A DNA stretch of 63,466 nucleotides, counting the filler, from Welwitschia mirabilis (lineage: Eukaryota): assembly GCA_051453625.1 (NCBI GenBank). It is 4 parts of one record of this genome, joined end to end, with 100 filler letters (N's around TTAATTAATTAA, not from the genome) between each part and the next. Parts side by side here need not be neighbours in the genome. Positions count along the whole stretch, not along the records: positions 30,543 to 54,586 come from JBOZIK010000001.1; 3 more parts are not named here. One strand, given 5' to 3'. Positions 39,976 through 53,200 of the stretch are shown here, in pieces (position 1 is the stretch's first letter; each line of letters begins with the position of its first letter). The position numbers were made by a program, and so were the translations under genes. The notes beneath the pieces were generated by a model. It ran no database searches. It was not told the DNA's origin and saw only the letters and a list, made by a program, of their open reading frames with translations.

Positions 39976-42356
39976 CATGAGTTATTAAATCTTGAACATG
40001 ATAAAAGAACTTGCTTTGAAATTCCTCCTTTCATTATCTAAATTTTTTCTTAGTCGATTATTTTGATGTATATCATGCTATTACTTAAAAATTTTTAACT
40101 TAACTTATGATTTACTTTATAAAGTTACCATGACCACTAATTTTGACTTAGGCATTTCAAAGTAATAAGATTGAATTCACCTAATCTAAAACATTCAAAT
40201 ATTTGTGAACTTCATTTTGAAGGAAGATGTTTTGATTTTTTATGTTTTCTTTTAATGATTAACACTTTAGCTATTTAGGGGTGTTCTTCCTTGTTTTAAT
40301 CTCATTTATTCACCTTTATCTTTAAAGGATGTAGTTGTGTGGGATTTATCTAATTAAAAAAAGAAAAATAAGAAAAACAAGAATTTGAATAATACCCATG
40401 ATCTATTAGTTTTGTGCTAAATACATGGTTACCATGATGTCCTACCACATCAAGGTAAATTTTTCGAGGAGGAATATTTTGCAATGTTGGTAACTGTGAA
40501 AACTCCATTAGGTGGTTAGCTAGCCATACTTCATAAGTCCTTGCTTTTCTAACTATGGTTGCACTCCCCTCATCATGAAAAATAATTATCATTTTAAGGC
40601 TATAGTATTAGTGATATTCTTTGTATTATCAAAGGCATGGCTTATTTTTTAGACTCATTGAGCTTATAATATTTCTAATAATCATTTTACTTTTAAGGAT
40701 TCGGGTATGTTTGGGGATGTGAATAAATGAGTCCATTCTCAGAAGCTTTTAATCTTATCATTCATTTNNNNNNNNNNTTAGTTACTTAGCATTATTATAA
40801 TCACTACCTATTTGAGTGGCACTTTATAAAGCCTTTGTATTATGTTATGCATCATTAATTAGGTGATTTTATGATTTCTTTTATGAGGGGTTTTCTAGGT
40901 TGTAAGTTAGGATATGTACAACATCTTCTTCATGTTCCTTGCTATCTATTTTTGTTTTGTTTTCCTTATGTGTTTTATTTGGTATTTCAAAGTTATTTTT
41001 GTACTTTTTTCCATTATAAATACTTAGGACTTGATTATTTACTAGTCTTCTTATTACTTTTTATTTTCACTCATAATTTTTATTTCTAGAAGTTGATTTT
41101 CTTTTAGCAAATCATCTTCCTTTAGTTTATAATGATAAATTTATCCATTCATTCTCTTAGTATCTTTTCAAGTTTAGTTCTTTAACCTTATTTTTGAATT
41201 TCAATGCATCTAATGATTGTGAGTTCATGATACATTTCATAATCTTCCTTAGGCTGGTGCATTATCATTGTCCTATCCTAACACCTCTTTCTCTTATCTT
41301 AAGTTCTTTCTAAAATTCACCTCCTTTATCATGCCTTATTCATCATAATTCTTAGTCATTTTCCATCTTTTGAACATTTTGATAACTTTGTACAACCTTC
41401 ACGATGTCATATGAGATTAATTTATTATGCTAATACTTTCATTTTTTCCAATCTTTTGAAATCTTTGTCATCCACTTTGTTATCTATATAACTAATAGGA
41501 TAATGAAATAATATTTTTTAGCATCATTATTTTTATGTTTCATTTTTTTTGACTATTTTTTACCCTTATTTTATACAAAGACTATGCTCCAAAGTCCACC
41601 TATTATGCTTACTTATACTTAATTTGTGATTTCATCTTTTTTATTTTTACATTAACTCAATATGGGACACATTGATTCACTTGTAGTGGAGAAGGAAATA
41701 TATTTTAAAATACTCTGAGAAAAAATTTTAAATTTTAAGGACTATTTTTAAATTTTTAGAATACATATCTATAATGTATCAGCATGATTATGATCTCTTA
41801 TTATTTCAATGAGATGCATTATGGATATTGTTTAGTAAAACCATGTACTTAACAATAAAATAAACATGTTTTTCTTATAGATATATTCCAAACAATTTAG
41901 GAGATCATGTATAAAGGAATAATAGTATGATTCCTAATTATACATGCACATCATTTATCAAAGTTATTATGATTATACCTTATGACGATTCTTTTGTCAT
42001 TACATTTAATCTTTATTTATTCAATGTACTAAATATTTTAAGTAGGGGGTTAATGCATTAGTAAGTATTTTGATATTTTTTACTAATGAGTAGAATTACA
42101 AGAATTTTATTTTACAGACTAATTTTTAAAATCCCATTATCTTCATAATCATCTGATGATACTTTGGATACTAGCATGGTTATAATATCTACTAAAGTAA
42201 AAGATTCAGTTTATTTGATTCTAAGATTTGATCCTGCATAATAATATTTTTGAACTTGATTTACATATCCCTATTTTATTTTGGTAATCAATTTGGCCCA
42301 TAATTATAGCTGTTCATCCACTATGTTAGAGACTGATAAGGCTAAGTGGAAGACTA

Positions 42357-43591
42357 TGTTATGATGGTAAATTGTATATTTTTTATGGAGTATTTTAAGT
42401 AGTTTTATATGATATTTAAATAGGTTTAAGTGGACTTCAATGATTATTTAGAGTTAAGGAAAACATAACAAAAATGTGCAATCACTAGCACATTTGGAGA
42501 CACTTTCAAATAGTTTTTTATACTTTACATTATAAGGAGGAGTTAATGATCTACAAGGACAATTTGAGTTGATTAAAAAGCTTCAAAAAGACTATCATCC
42601 CCTTCATCATCTGAATGATAGTATAGATGACATCACATTTTTGCTGATAAGGATGTTGACTATACTAAATATGAAAATTAATATGAGACCTCTCTTAATA
42701 TGTCATCATCCTCACCATCATCTAGATGATAGTTAGGATGACACTTAATTTTAGTCAACCACCAAATTTCATCAAACTTTTGCAATGTGTCACGCACCTT
42801 CTATTTACCATTAGGATTTTTATTATGTCTATTAGATTTGTTTTTTTATAATGTTTTTTTGGTAATAATACCTCCTTTATTCTTACTTTGATTTTATCTT
42901 CTTTGGCACTTAAAAATCTCATGATAGGAGATAGAAGGGTAGGAGGTCCATCTATTATTGCAGAGAGGGGTCTTCCTTGGTATTAGGTTATGTCTTCCTT
43001 ATTGAGTTATTGCTACTTTGTAATAGTATGTTGGTTTGAATTTAATAAAAAGTTTCTTTTACTTTTATTCCTGTGCATCTTCCTTATAGTTTATGTTAGT
43101 TATGATTTCGTGACAACTTCATAGTGGATATAGATCAACAAAGGTAAGCTTTATCAAGGTTGAAATCATTAGTTTAGATTTTTCATTACATTGCATTTTA
43201 CATTTTGTAGTTTAACCATTGCATGTTTTCTATATTTTATTTGATATACTTGATAGCTTATATTGGTTAGGATTAGTGACAGTTTTCTTGACCAATCTAG
43301 GTTATTCAAGGCTAATCTTTGTAATAATAAGATTTGGTAGTTGGATAGATATTTCATTTAGAATAGACATATTGAATTATTTTCTTACATCATTCTTTTT
43401 ATTTTGAACCTAAAAATAAAATACACAAATACTCCATTGAAAATTAGTTCTCTAACTTTGAGCATAGTGCCTTCGAAAGATCATGACATTTGGATACACT
43501 CTTGTCTATACAAGTGTGTGTGTTATATAAATATTTGTGATTGAAAGGATCTAATAAAGGATAAACAGTTTCATAAATATGCACTGCAATA
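42357..43591 (+). repeat. 3' LTR of element B
   Basis: Colinear with 26582-27822; both share CATCATCCTCACCATCATCTAGATGATAGTTAGGAT. Confidence 0.92.
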
Positions 43592-45629
43592 GTGGTGCAT
43601 TAGAAATCCACTATTTTCTTGTAGATCAAGAATATCCATAAGTGTGAGAGAAAACTACCCTCTAAAGGTGAAGGTACTTAAGTTGAGGAGCCACATTATC
43701 TTGGTAGGGTGTTTTTGCTATTATTATTTCTCATTCTGTTATTAGTTAAAATATTTATTTGGTATAACTCATTTATCCCTTTCTTCTAAGTTTAACAATC
43801 CTCTATAGCACTAATTTTTTGGCTTAAATACTCATCACCTTTTACAAAGTCCCTCATAATATGATAATTAACCTAAAAATGTCATGGTAAAATGATAAGT
43901 CCATAATTAATATAGAAAATCAATAGAAGACATGTTTTTATAATGAAATAAATTATATTAATGTCTTCTATTAATATAAATTAGTCATTTAACTTGATTG
44001 TGATATTAATTTTTAAGTGTTACACACCCCCTAACTAGACTTTTGCTATATCCTTAGTAAAAACTTGATAATAAAATGTTTAATCATAGAAAAATTATCT
44101 AAGTTAAAGTTATTAGACGTGTAAATGATATAACTTTGAAGATGTTTTATAACTGATTTTCCAAAATTAAGGAATTAAAATAAAAAATGATGAAAAATCA
44201 AATTTTGTACTTCTTATCTAAAACTAAACTTTATCCTCAAAGTTATATGATAGAAAAATTTTAATGCCTTTGAGAACATAGCTTTAGAAAAATCTTGATG
44301 AATCCTTTTATTAAAAACCATGTAAAATAATGTAACTAACTTATCCAAAGAGAAAACTAACTTAATGCAAAACTACTATGCTAAGAAAAAAGTCAATTCA
44401 TAAAAATGGTTAATATCTTATGATTTATTTCTGATGAAATGAAGCGAAGTGGGTGATGGATATAGAAAATGAAAATATAGCAAAATATTAAATCATAAAA
44501 CCAATGAATAAATAAGTAAACCTATCTAAGTTAATAATCCTTATTATATTTTTGAAATTTTTGTGGATTTCAATATCAAGTAAGTATAGTCTTAATCAAG
44601 TAGCTTAAAGGAATTCAAGAAATCATAGTAAATATTAAGTATAAAAGTTAAAAGATAATAGATCATAGAAAGCCTCTAATTCTTACCTCTTTCTTTCCCT
44701 TATTTCTATTTGTACCAATATACATGTTCTTAGTTTAATCTTTTAAATTACATTAAGCACCCAGTATTATGACATTTTCTTCCAATATAGTTAAGTATGT
44801 TGTTTTGTGAATAAATCAATATTGCATTGCTAGTGAGTGTTTAGATCCTTGATGTAGTTGATTATATCATAATTAGATCGTTAGAGCTACATTACTAGCA
44901 AGCATATATAGCCCTAATGTAGTTTATTAAATCCCATTAAGTGATTAATAAGATGTTAATTTGGAAAAGAGATGTATTATTTTATTTTATTCATCTTCTC
45001 TTATTCATTTTTTACATACATTATAGGTGTTATTAGTTCATTAGCCTAATCAAGATAAATATTATTCCCTTTAAAATCTTTGGACATAAGAAATGTATAT
45101 GAGGGTAGACCCCACCTTTTCAACCAAGTTTTACTAAAAATAAAAATATTAAGCAAATTTGTTTTTAACAATTACACTTGAAATAAGCATAATTTTTTCT
45201 TCAAAACCCATAAGTGAACTGAATCTCAACTATTACTTAAGTGATAATGAGATCACTTTATTATGGATTTTTTTAAGGATCATTAAACTAGGTCTATTAG
45301 TCTTAGAAATTCATAAGTAAATGGCCAAGGGGGATGGCTTGTAAACTTAATGGGATGATTTAAAAATTGGTTAGATATGTGGAAAGGCTTATAAGGATGA
45401 TGGAATAAGTAATAATTCTATGGGGTGTTCATGAGAAAATAATCTTTAAGTAAAACTTAGTATTTTATAGGATGACTTATTTTCAAATACTTGAAATAAA
45501 TGTAACTATTAGGTTTAAAGTCAAAAAAGTGATATTGACGTAGAATGTAAAATATTTAGCTCATGTTAATAACATTTAAAGTCATAATTTTTGTTAGCCC
45601 TATTAACCTCTTTAGAACTATCTGGTAAT

Positions 45630-47800
45630 TTCAACATGTTGAAAATATTCAATTCATATTACCAAATAATATTTTCATTTATCCATTTCTACAATTAATA
45701 AGGGTATTAGATGTCACAAGAAAAGGTTTTCTTAAGATAATTGGAACTGAATTGTATTTCATTATGTCCATTTCTAAAACTACATAATCTATTAAGAACT
45801 AGCAGTTGTTAACATGGACTATTATATCTTCAACTATTCCTAATGATAACTTCACAATTATCAGACAATTGCAATTCAAGTTAGTATATTTAAGGTTGTT
45901 TAAGTCAAGTTACTTGTACACATAATGGGATAAAATGTTGATGCTTGCTCCCATATTTAACAAGGCTTTTTTTTTTTTAATCCCTAAGCATAATGATTAG
46001 AATCTTTGTACCTTGGTAAAAACTAATTGTAGATGATTGTACTAGGCGTTTGGGCTAAAAAGGCTTTATTCTTTACATTCATGTGTCTCTTTATTGTGCA
46101 CATATCCTTAAAAAAAGTTTGTGTATGAAAGCATGTCTTTCATTTCTTGTAATATAGGCATATTAATCTTGACTTCTTTAAAAATTTCTAAGGTATTTAA
46201 CTATTATTTCTTGATGATCTTCTACCTAAGATGTTGGGAAAAAAGTTAGAGACTCTTTGTAAATGGGCAAAGGTTTTTCTAAGTCTTTTACCTTTTCTTT
46301 ATTTAAATATTAAAATAAGGGTAAATGTTCTTTTTAAGTAGTTATGTCTTTCTCTTTTATCTTTTTCTTATTTTTAGATTAACTCTAAGTTATTCCTTGG
46401 TTAATCTCTAGGCCACTTTAAACATGGATGGCTTTAGTTTATTCTAAGTGGTTTGACCTTTCTTCTATAAACCTAAGTCATTTGATATTTAACTGAGAAC
46501 TTATAAGGAGTTGTCCTAGATCTATATGATTTAGGTTAATAGGATTTAGATTTGGATTTGTTAGACTTATCAGATAATGTGAGAGATGGACTACATGTTT
46601 ATTTTAAGGTTGTTTAATAAAAAGAAATGTTGCTTAAGGATTAATTCATGGTTATGATTGATTTGAACTTGTATTTCCATGAGTTTACTTATTTATTTCT
46701 CAAAGGAAGTGTATTGAGATGATTTTGATAATTAAATGAAAAGGAGTAAAAGGATAATGAAGGAAATAGATTTTTTGGTTGATTAATTAGTTTATCTAGC
46801 TTTTAAGAAGAGTTGGAATGATTGCTTTACCTACAGTTATATGTGTTAGAGTAAGGGTTTTTCCCCCTACTATTTCCCTATCACATTAACTTATTTGTTA
46901 ATAATGATTTGAAATAAAGGTATGAAAGGACACTTAGTTATTTTATGAATGTCTATGTATCAAATTAAATATTCAATTTTAGTAACCAATAGTAAAGGTA
47001 AGGATGGTGTGATTAAAGACTTCGCTCTTCATGCTAATTCATTTATTCTATTATTAAATTTAAATTTTTTAGGGACTTGAAACACACTTGTTGATCTAAT
47101 AGGATGATGAAATCTAGATGGTTCACTAGGATTTTTCTAGTTTTTGGAACTCTGAGCTACTATTTCTAAGTAATCCCAAACTTAATCTAAGGGCATGCTA
47201 ATGAAATTACCCCTATTTATAATCTAAACTAGTAGTCTATTGTTTGTGTTTAATCTATTATAAAATAAGTTTATTTCCCTTCCTAAATCAAATCCATTAG
47301 AAGCATTTTTATAACAAGACCTTGAAATTTTTTAAGGCTTGAAAAAATGTATCATGATCTTTTTACTAGTATTTCATTATTTCTTTTCTTAAGGCATTTA
47401 TTTTATGATTTGAAAAGAATTTTGAGATAAGGGCCTTGTTAGAGTTGGACTAGAATCTAATGGATAAGGATTTAAGGATATATAGCCATGATTTTGCCTT
47501 ATTATTTAAATAAAATGGGAATAAGATAAGTTTAAGAGTGTTAAATGTATTTAGATATTGAAAAAAATTAATAAAACACATTCAAATTTCTTAAGATGAA
47601 GGTATGAATCCTCAGATTATAATCCATGTAAGTGATAAAAGAGTTAAATGGTGGAAAGCTTGAATTCTAACTGTTAGTTTATAAACAATTGTACTATGTA
47701 GGAAGGTATTCCTAAGAATTGCAATTAGAGAAAGTTATGAAGAGCTTTATTAGATTGATTATTGCTAGCTACAGTAGCTTACTGTTTGGTCACCTCCTAA
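45630..47800 (-). pseudogene. Athila gag-aspartic protease remnant (element C)
   Basis: LHGL*SEDSYLHLKKFE (~47580-47630), EIFKEVKINMPIL, ALLNMGASINIL (~45937-45958, catalytic D>N), GIVEDIIVHV and PIILRKPFLVTSNTLINCRNG. Confidence 0.88.
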
Positions 47801-50274
47801 GTAAGATAATAGATAGTTAATTAATTGATTAGTTCTTAATTTGATGATGGTTTATTAAGGGGAAATCGAATTTCATGTGGGTTATTTAGATTTTGTTATG
47901 GAGATTAAGAGGTTTATTAATTATTGTTTAGGTAATCTTAAAAATTTGAGGCTTGTTCCCTTTGGGAATCATCATGGTTTTGGTTTTGCTATGTATTTCG
48001 TAAATCATTAAAGGGATTCATATTATTCGAGGGATTTCTAATTAATCTTCTAAACTTACCATAAATCCAAAACATGCAAAAATAGATTTAGACTAGTTTC
48101 AAATAATTTATAAGAGGTTTTTCATGGATCTCATAAGATAGGAAGCTTTTTGGGTTTTCAAAGGGGATTCAAGTAAAAGATTAGAGTTTGTTAAGTACAA
48201 ATGCCTATGGTAGTAGTCAAGGCAAGCAACAACACTAGTTAGAATGTGAGTTTTAGTTTCTATAAAAATAGAGAGACTTATAAAATCCTCATGGAACATT
48301 TAATGTATTAGGATCATGATAAAATAAAATAGATATAAAAAATATAAGTGCACATGAAACCTAACCTTAACAAAATCATACAGTGTTTTAGATTTTTAAG
48401 GTTTAAATCAGTGAATTCGAATATAAAATTTTAAAAACTAAGTTGAAACATAAAAAGCATGTAAATAAAATATTTTAATTTTTACTTTTCTTCTTAAAGA
48501 AACCTATAAATACACTATTATACCTACACATAAAACTAGTTAGAAAAAATCAAAAGCACACTTAAAATTGGAAAATTCTAGGTATGAGTGAAATAACTAG
48601 TACCAACCACTAGAAAATACACAATAGAAAGAAAATATAGGATTAGTTTAGGTATCACTAGAGTGGGTTAGTATCTACCACTAGAAAAATAGAAAATAAC
48701 TATAAAACTTTCAAAAAGTAAAGTCCATGCTCTTTTTAGCAACTACCATGTCGTTATCCTTGGCAATGATACCAAAATTTATTCATGTATTACAGTGGAC
48801 TAGATTTAACTAATTTTGGTAAAATTTCAATTTTGATTATTCCAATTATTAAAGGTAATGTGTCTATTATGTAGACAAGTCAAATTAAAGAACAACAAAT
48901 AGTAAAAAGGATTAATAAGTCAATACCTCAAGTTTGTATTACATAAAAGGTTAAGCTTAGATTTCATGAATGTAAAACACAACTGATACACATGTCTGCA
49001 AATGTGAAGAGAGCTATGGAAAAGAAGTCTACTATATTAAAGACGTATATGCTAAATTAGACTTTATCACAGGAAAATACATTTATAATGATAAAGATAT
49101 CTATATTAAACTAAGTACCTAAGATAGGTAAAAGATGTCTATTAAATTAAAGATATCTATACTACTTTAACTGTTGGAAGACATCTATAGAATTGAAGAT
49201 TTTATACTAAACTAAAAGAAGTAGTAGAGAAAAACTGTATTTTAATTAATTATCTACATTTCAATAAATTAAGTAAATTTTACATCTTGGATTTTTGATC
49301 ACTAACAGTTATAGATACAGTAGTTTAAGTTTTATTAATATTTAGTTAGTTTGACCAAAGATGTCTTTCAGGGTAAAGACATCTTCCTAATAAGAAATGT
49401 CTACCATTTCAAAGATGGATATCCCAAAAATTTATGAAAAATAAAATAGTTATTAAATAACCAAAACATAGGTATTTCTATTTATTGCATAGTAATTAAA
49501 TTCTTTTAAAAAGCTAATCTCTAGAGGGTAATAGAAAAAAAGACATCAAAAGTATAAAGGGCACCAAAAAATGATGTTACTCGAATGAGTGATTGGTATC
49601 ACACACAAATATTTTAGCTATATTTCAAAAAGAACTATCTAAAGAATACATTACTTGATTGTTGGCTCTTATAATAGATTTACTACTCTAATCTAAGATA
49701 CTCATGGATGATAACAACAAGGGCGAGCTCAAGAACTTCATAAAAGAAACATCTTTTTAGGATTATTATGTCTTTTATTATCATTATTTATTGGCATTCA
49801 AATTATAAGAACTATTAGAGTTTTTAAATAAACATATTACAATTCATTTCTTAATTTTATTTTTAGTGTTCGTTATTAGGATTTCCAAATTGTGAAGCAA
49901 CCCTTGTATGAATGTACTACTACAAATGCTTATGAGCACATTGTTGTCTTGGTTTATTATAAATCCCTAAGGGGAAAAGATTTCTATCTTGTGAGGATTA
50001 TCTCAGTTGTATGTAAGCTTGGTAATGCTCCAAAACCACTATTGTACATGTTAAGGATACCTAGAGGTATGAGAGAAAACTACCCTCTATGTGTGGACAT
50101 ACCTGGATTGGGAAACCACATTAATGTAGTAAGGTTTTTATTATGTAGAGTTTGATTTGTTTTCAGCAAAATTTATTTTTGGTAACTTCATTCACATCTA
50201 TCCTCTGATTTTAATGATTCTTAAGTGATATTAAAGTGGATACTCAAAAAAGAAGTTGTATTTTTGAGTGAACT

Positions 50275-53200
50275 ATGGAAGGGGTGCCATCTATTAGACC
50301 TTCACTTGTCAATGGTATAAACTATGCCTATTGGAAGAGGAGGATGCAGGTACACATATAGTCTTATGAGTTTTAGGTATGACAAAGCAATAAAAAAAGG
50401 ATATTTAAAACCTATAAAATCATAATAAAAGCTACATAAAACTCCATTACGCAAATTAAACCTAAAAGGGACTAGGAAGATAAAGAAAGATAGCCTTTAT
50501 GTATGACTTAAAAGTAAAAAATGCTCTCTCATTAGCCCTTATAATAAAATAGTTTAAGAAAATAGCTAGATGCAAAAATTCACAAGAAATATGAAACCTT
50601 CTATTTAGAACATACGAAGGAAATTTGATTATCATATAATCAAAACTTCTTATCCAGACTAACTAGTTTGAAAATCTAAAGATGAATAATGGAGAAAGAG
50701 TATATGAATACTTACAAGAGTCTTTAACATAGTGAATGTTATACATACCATTAATGAAAATATTTCAAAGGCCAAGGTAATCCAAAAGATTATTAGATCT
50801 TTAACTCTAGAATACAGGTCTAAAACAATAGCCATGGAATAATCAAGAGACTTTAGCTCAATGAAGATTGAAGAATTGTAAAGTGCTCTAATGGCTTACA
50901 AGATGAATCTTATTCAAGATAATGCTTTGGAAGAGAAACCTATCATTCTTAAAGCTAGTGAAAATATAAGGCAAGATTCTTAAAGGAAAATTAAAAAAGG
51001 ATCAAATGGAGATGACTCTAAGGACAATTTTGAAGAAGAAAGTACACTCATCATAAGGCAAGTCAAAAGAGTTCTCTCACAGAAGAATAATAGGAAGGAG
51101 GACTATCATAAAACATATGGATTTTAAGCTAGATGTAAGTCTAAAGGTAAAACTTCTAATACCTCTTTACTTTATTTTAAGTTAAATATTTCCAAATTAA
51201 AACATTGGGTTTGTAGAGGATGAGGACATATAGCCTTAAAGTTTTCTATCTCTATCAGATTATAGGAAAAAGTACAAAAGAAAACAATCCAATAAGAAGA
51301 AATCATTATTCAAATGATGGGATGATCATGAAGACACAACTGAAGTAGAAACATCTAATGACAAAAAAGCTCATCCATCCTATATGAACTTTATACATAT
51401 TCAGAATAAAAGTGATGAAAGAAAAGAAGAATACAAATTAGATAGTGAAGTTGAAACAAGTATGAAACTTTAAGGTAAGTATGATTTAATTTTTGAAATA
51501 TTTATTAAGTTGAAAAAGATGTGTGCTAAAATTAAAAATTTATTTCATTCTTATGAATTAGCATATTAACAAGAAAGAGGTTCTTACAATAATTTATCAT
51601 TTGAAAAATCAGCTCTTAAAGCTAAGAGTAATAAAATACTGTATAAAATAAAGCATGTTAGATATGAACTTGCTAATTTAAAAAGAATTAATGAGAATTT
51701 TATCCAAGAAAGGAGACACTAAACATCATGCTTCAATAATGTAGAAGTCCAAATGACAAAAGTGGTTTAGGCCACAATGAAGCCTTCACTAATATTTTAG
51801 CTTTCTTGTTCAATAAATAGAACTACAAGACAGGGTATGAGCATAGAGTTTATACAAATAATATTATATGTTATTATTTCTATAAATGAGGTCATTATTA
51901 GTTTAATTATCTAGTAAAATTCAACATCAAATATTACACTAACAGTGCCAAAAGGTCAAAAAGTATGGTACAATATCTTTTGCAAATTAAACTAAAGGAA
52001 ATTTATATTCCAAAATCAAGACAAACACTCTTAGCTTAGATTGCATTATGAGTAGTAAAGAGACATGCATGGTATGTTGATAGTGGATGTTCAAGGCACC
52101 TGAGTGGATACAAATCTAGCTTTATCACTTTGGTAGAGCAAGAAAAAGAAGTGGTTACTTTTGGCAATAGTATTAAGTCATCTATTAAAGATATAGAAAA
52201 CATTAGAGGAGGTAATCTATCTAAGGTAAAAGATGTTTTATTTAATAAAAGGGTTGTCACATAATCTTCTAAGTATTAGTAAATTATGCGATGCAAATTT
52301 TTTTGTGATCTTTATCAAAGATGGTTGTATTATTAAATAATACAACTCAAACAAATTTTCATTTTCTAAAATTAGAAAGTATAATGTATATGTCACTACT
52401 TTACAAGATATTCCTAATAAGAAAACCAAGTGTCTATTAAGTACTCTAGGTGAATCTAAGCTATTGCACAAGAAGCTTGGGAACATAAATGAAGACTAGC
52501 TAAAAATCTTAGCCTTAAAAGATATGGTAAGATAACTTCTTAAGTTGCAAAGCTTTAATGATCAGGTTTGTAAAGGATGCCAGAAAGGAAAGTAAACAAG
52601 GGTAATGTTTGGTAAGAAAAATACTATCACAACTAAACTTTCTTAGATTTTTTACATCTTGATATTATTGGTCCATCTTCCATAAAAAGTCTTAGTAAGA
52701 AAATATATTATCTAAATATTATTAATGATTAATTGCATTTTACATGGCTAGTCTTTCTTTCATACAAAGATGAGGTATTTAACATTTTCTTTAAGTTGTA
52801 CATTAGATTATAGAATCAAAAGGGATATAAGATCAAAATGATAAGAAGTGATAATAGAACAAAAATTTAAAAATGAAAAGTTTAGAAATGTTTATGAATA
52901 TCTAGGTATTCTTCACCAGTTCACTAAACTAAGCACTTCACAAAAAAAAAAATGAAATCATTTAAAGAAAGAACATGGTTTTAAATGAAATGACAAAAGT
53001 AATGATTCATGATGAACAAATTCCATATCATTTCTAGACAAAATCTATTAACACTACTCATTACATTTCTAATTTAGTTTTGTTAAGATGTTTTACTTTC
53101 AAAACCTCATATGAATCATTATTTGATGAAAAATCCTTAGTAATTTATTTTCATGTTTTGGCGCAAAGTGTTTTATTTTAAATGAAAGGCATCAGCTAAT

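Larger units (their letters stand above)
26582..43591 (+). mobile_element. Athila-type gypsy element B with nested insertions
   Basis: Colinear LTRs 26582-27822 and 42357-43591. TSD GTAGT (26577-26581) / GTGGT (43592-43596). Decayed tRNA-Asp PBS at 27826-27843; PPT GGCTAAGTGGAAGAC just before 42357. Spans a scaffold gap. Confidence 0.88.
17953..43804 (+). mobile_element. Sirevirus-type copia element A, internally deleted, 3' LTR split by element B
   Basis: Exact TSD ATAGC at 17948-17952 and 43805-43809. 5' LTR 17953-19538; PBS TGGTATTA at 19541; PPT CATCAAAAAGGGGGAGAT ending 25203; 3' LTR 25204-26581 plus 43592-43804. Confidence 0.92.
16833..48813 (-). mobile_element. Athila-type element C (non-autonomous, gag-protease only), host of elements A and D
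   Basis: 3' LTR split into 16833-17947 and 43810-44024. Reverse PPT CACCCCCTAACT at 44025-44036; reverse PBS ATCCTTGGCAATGATACCA at 48756-48774. 5' LTR stub 48780-48813 (TATTCATGTATTACAGTGGACTAGATTTAACT) matches 16833 (TATTCATATATCAGGGTGAACTGGATTTAACT). Confidence 0.8.
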
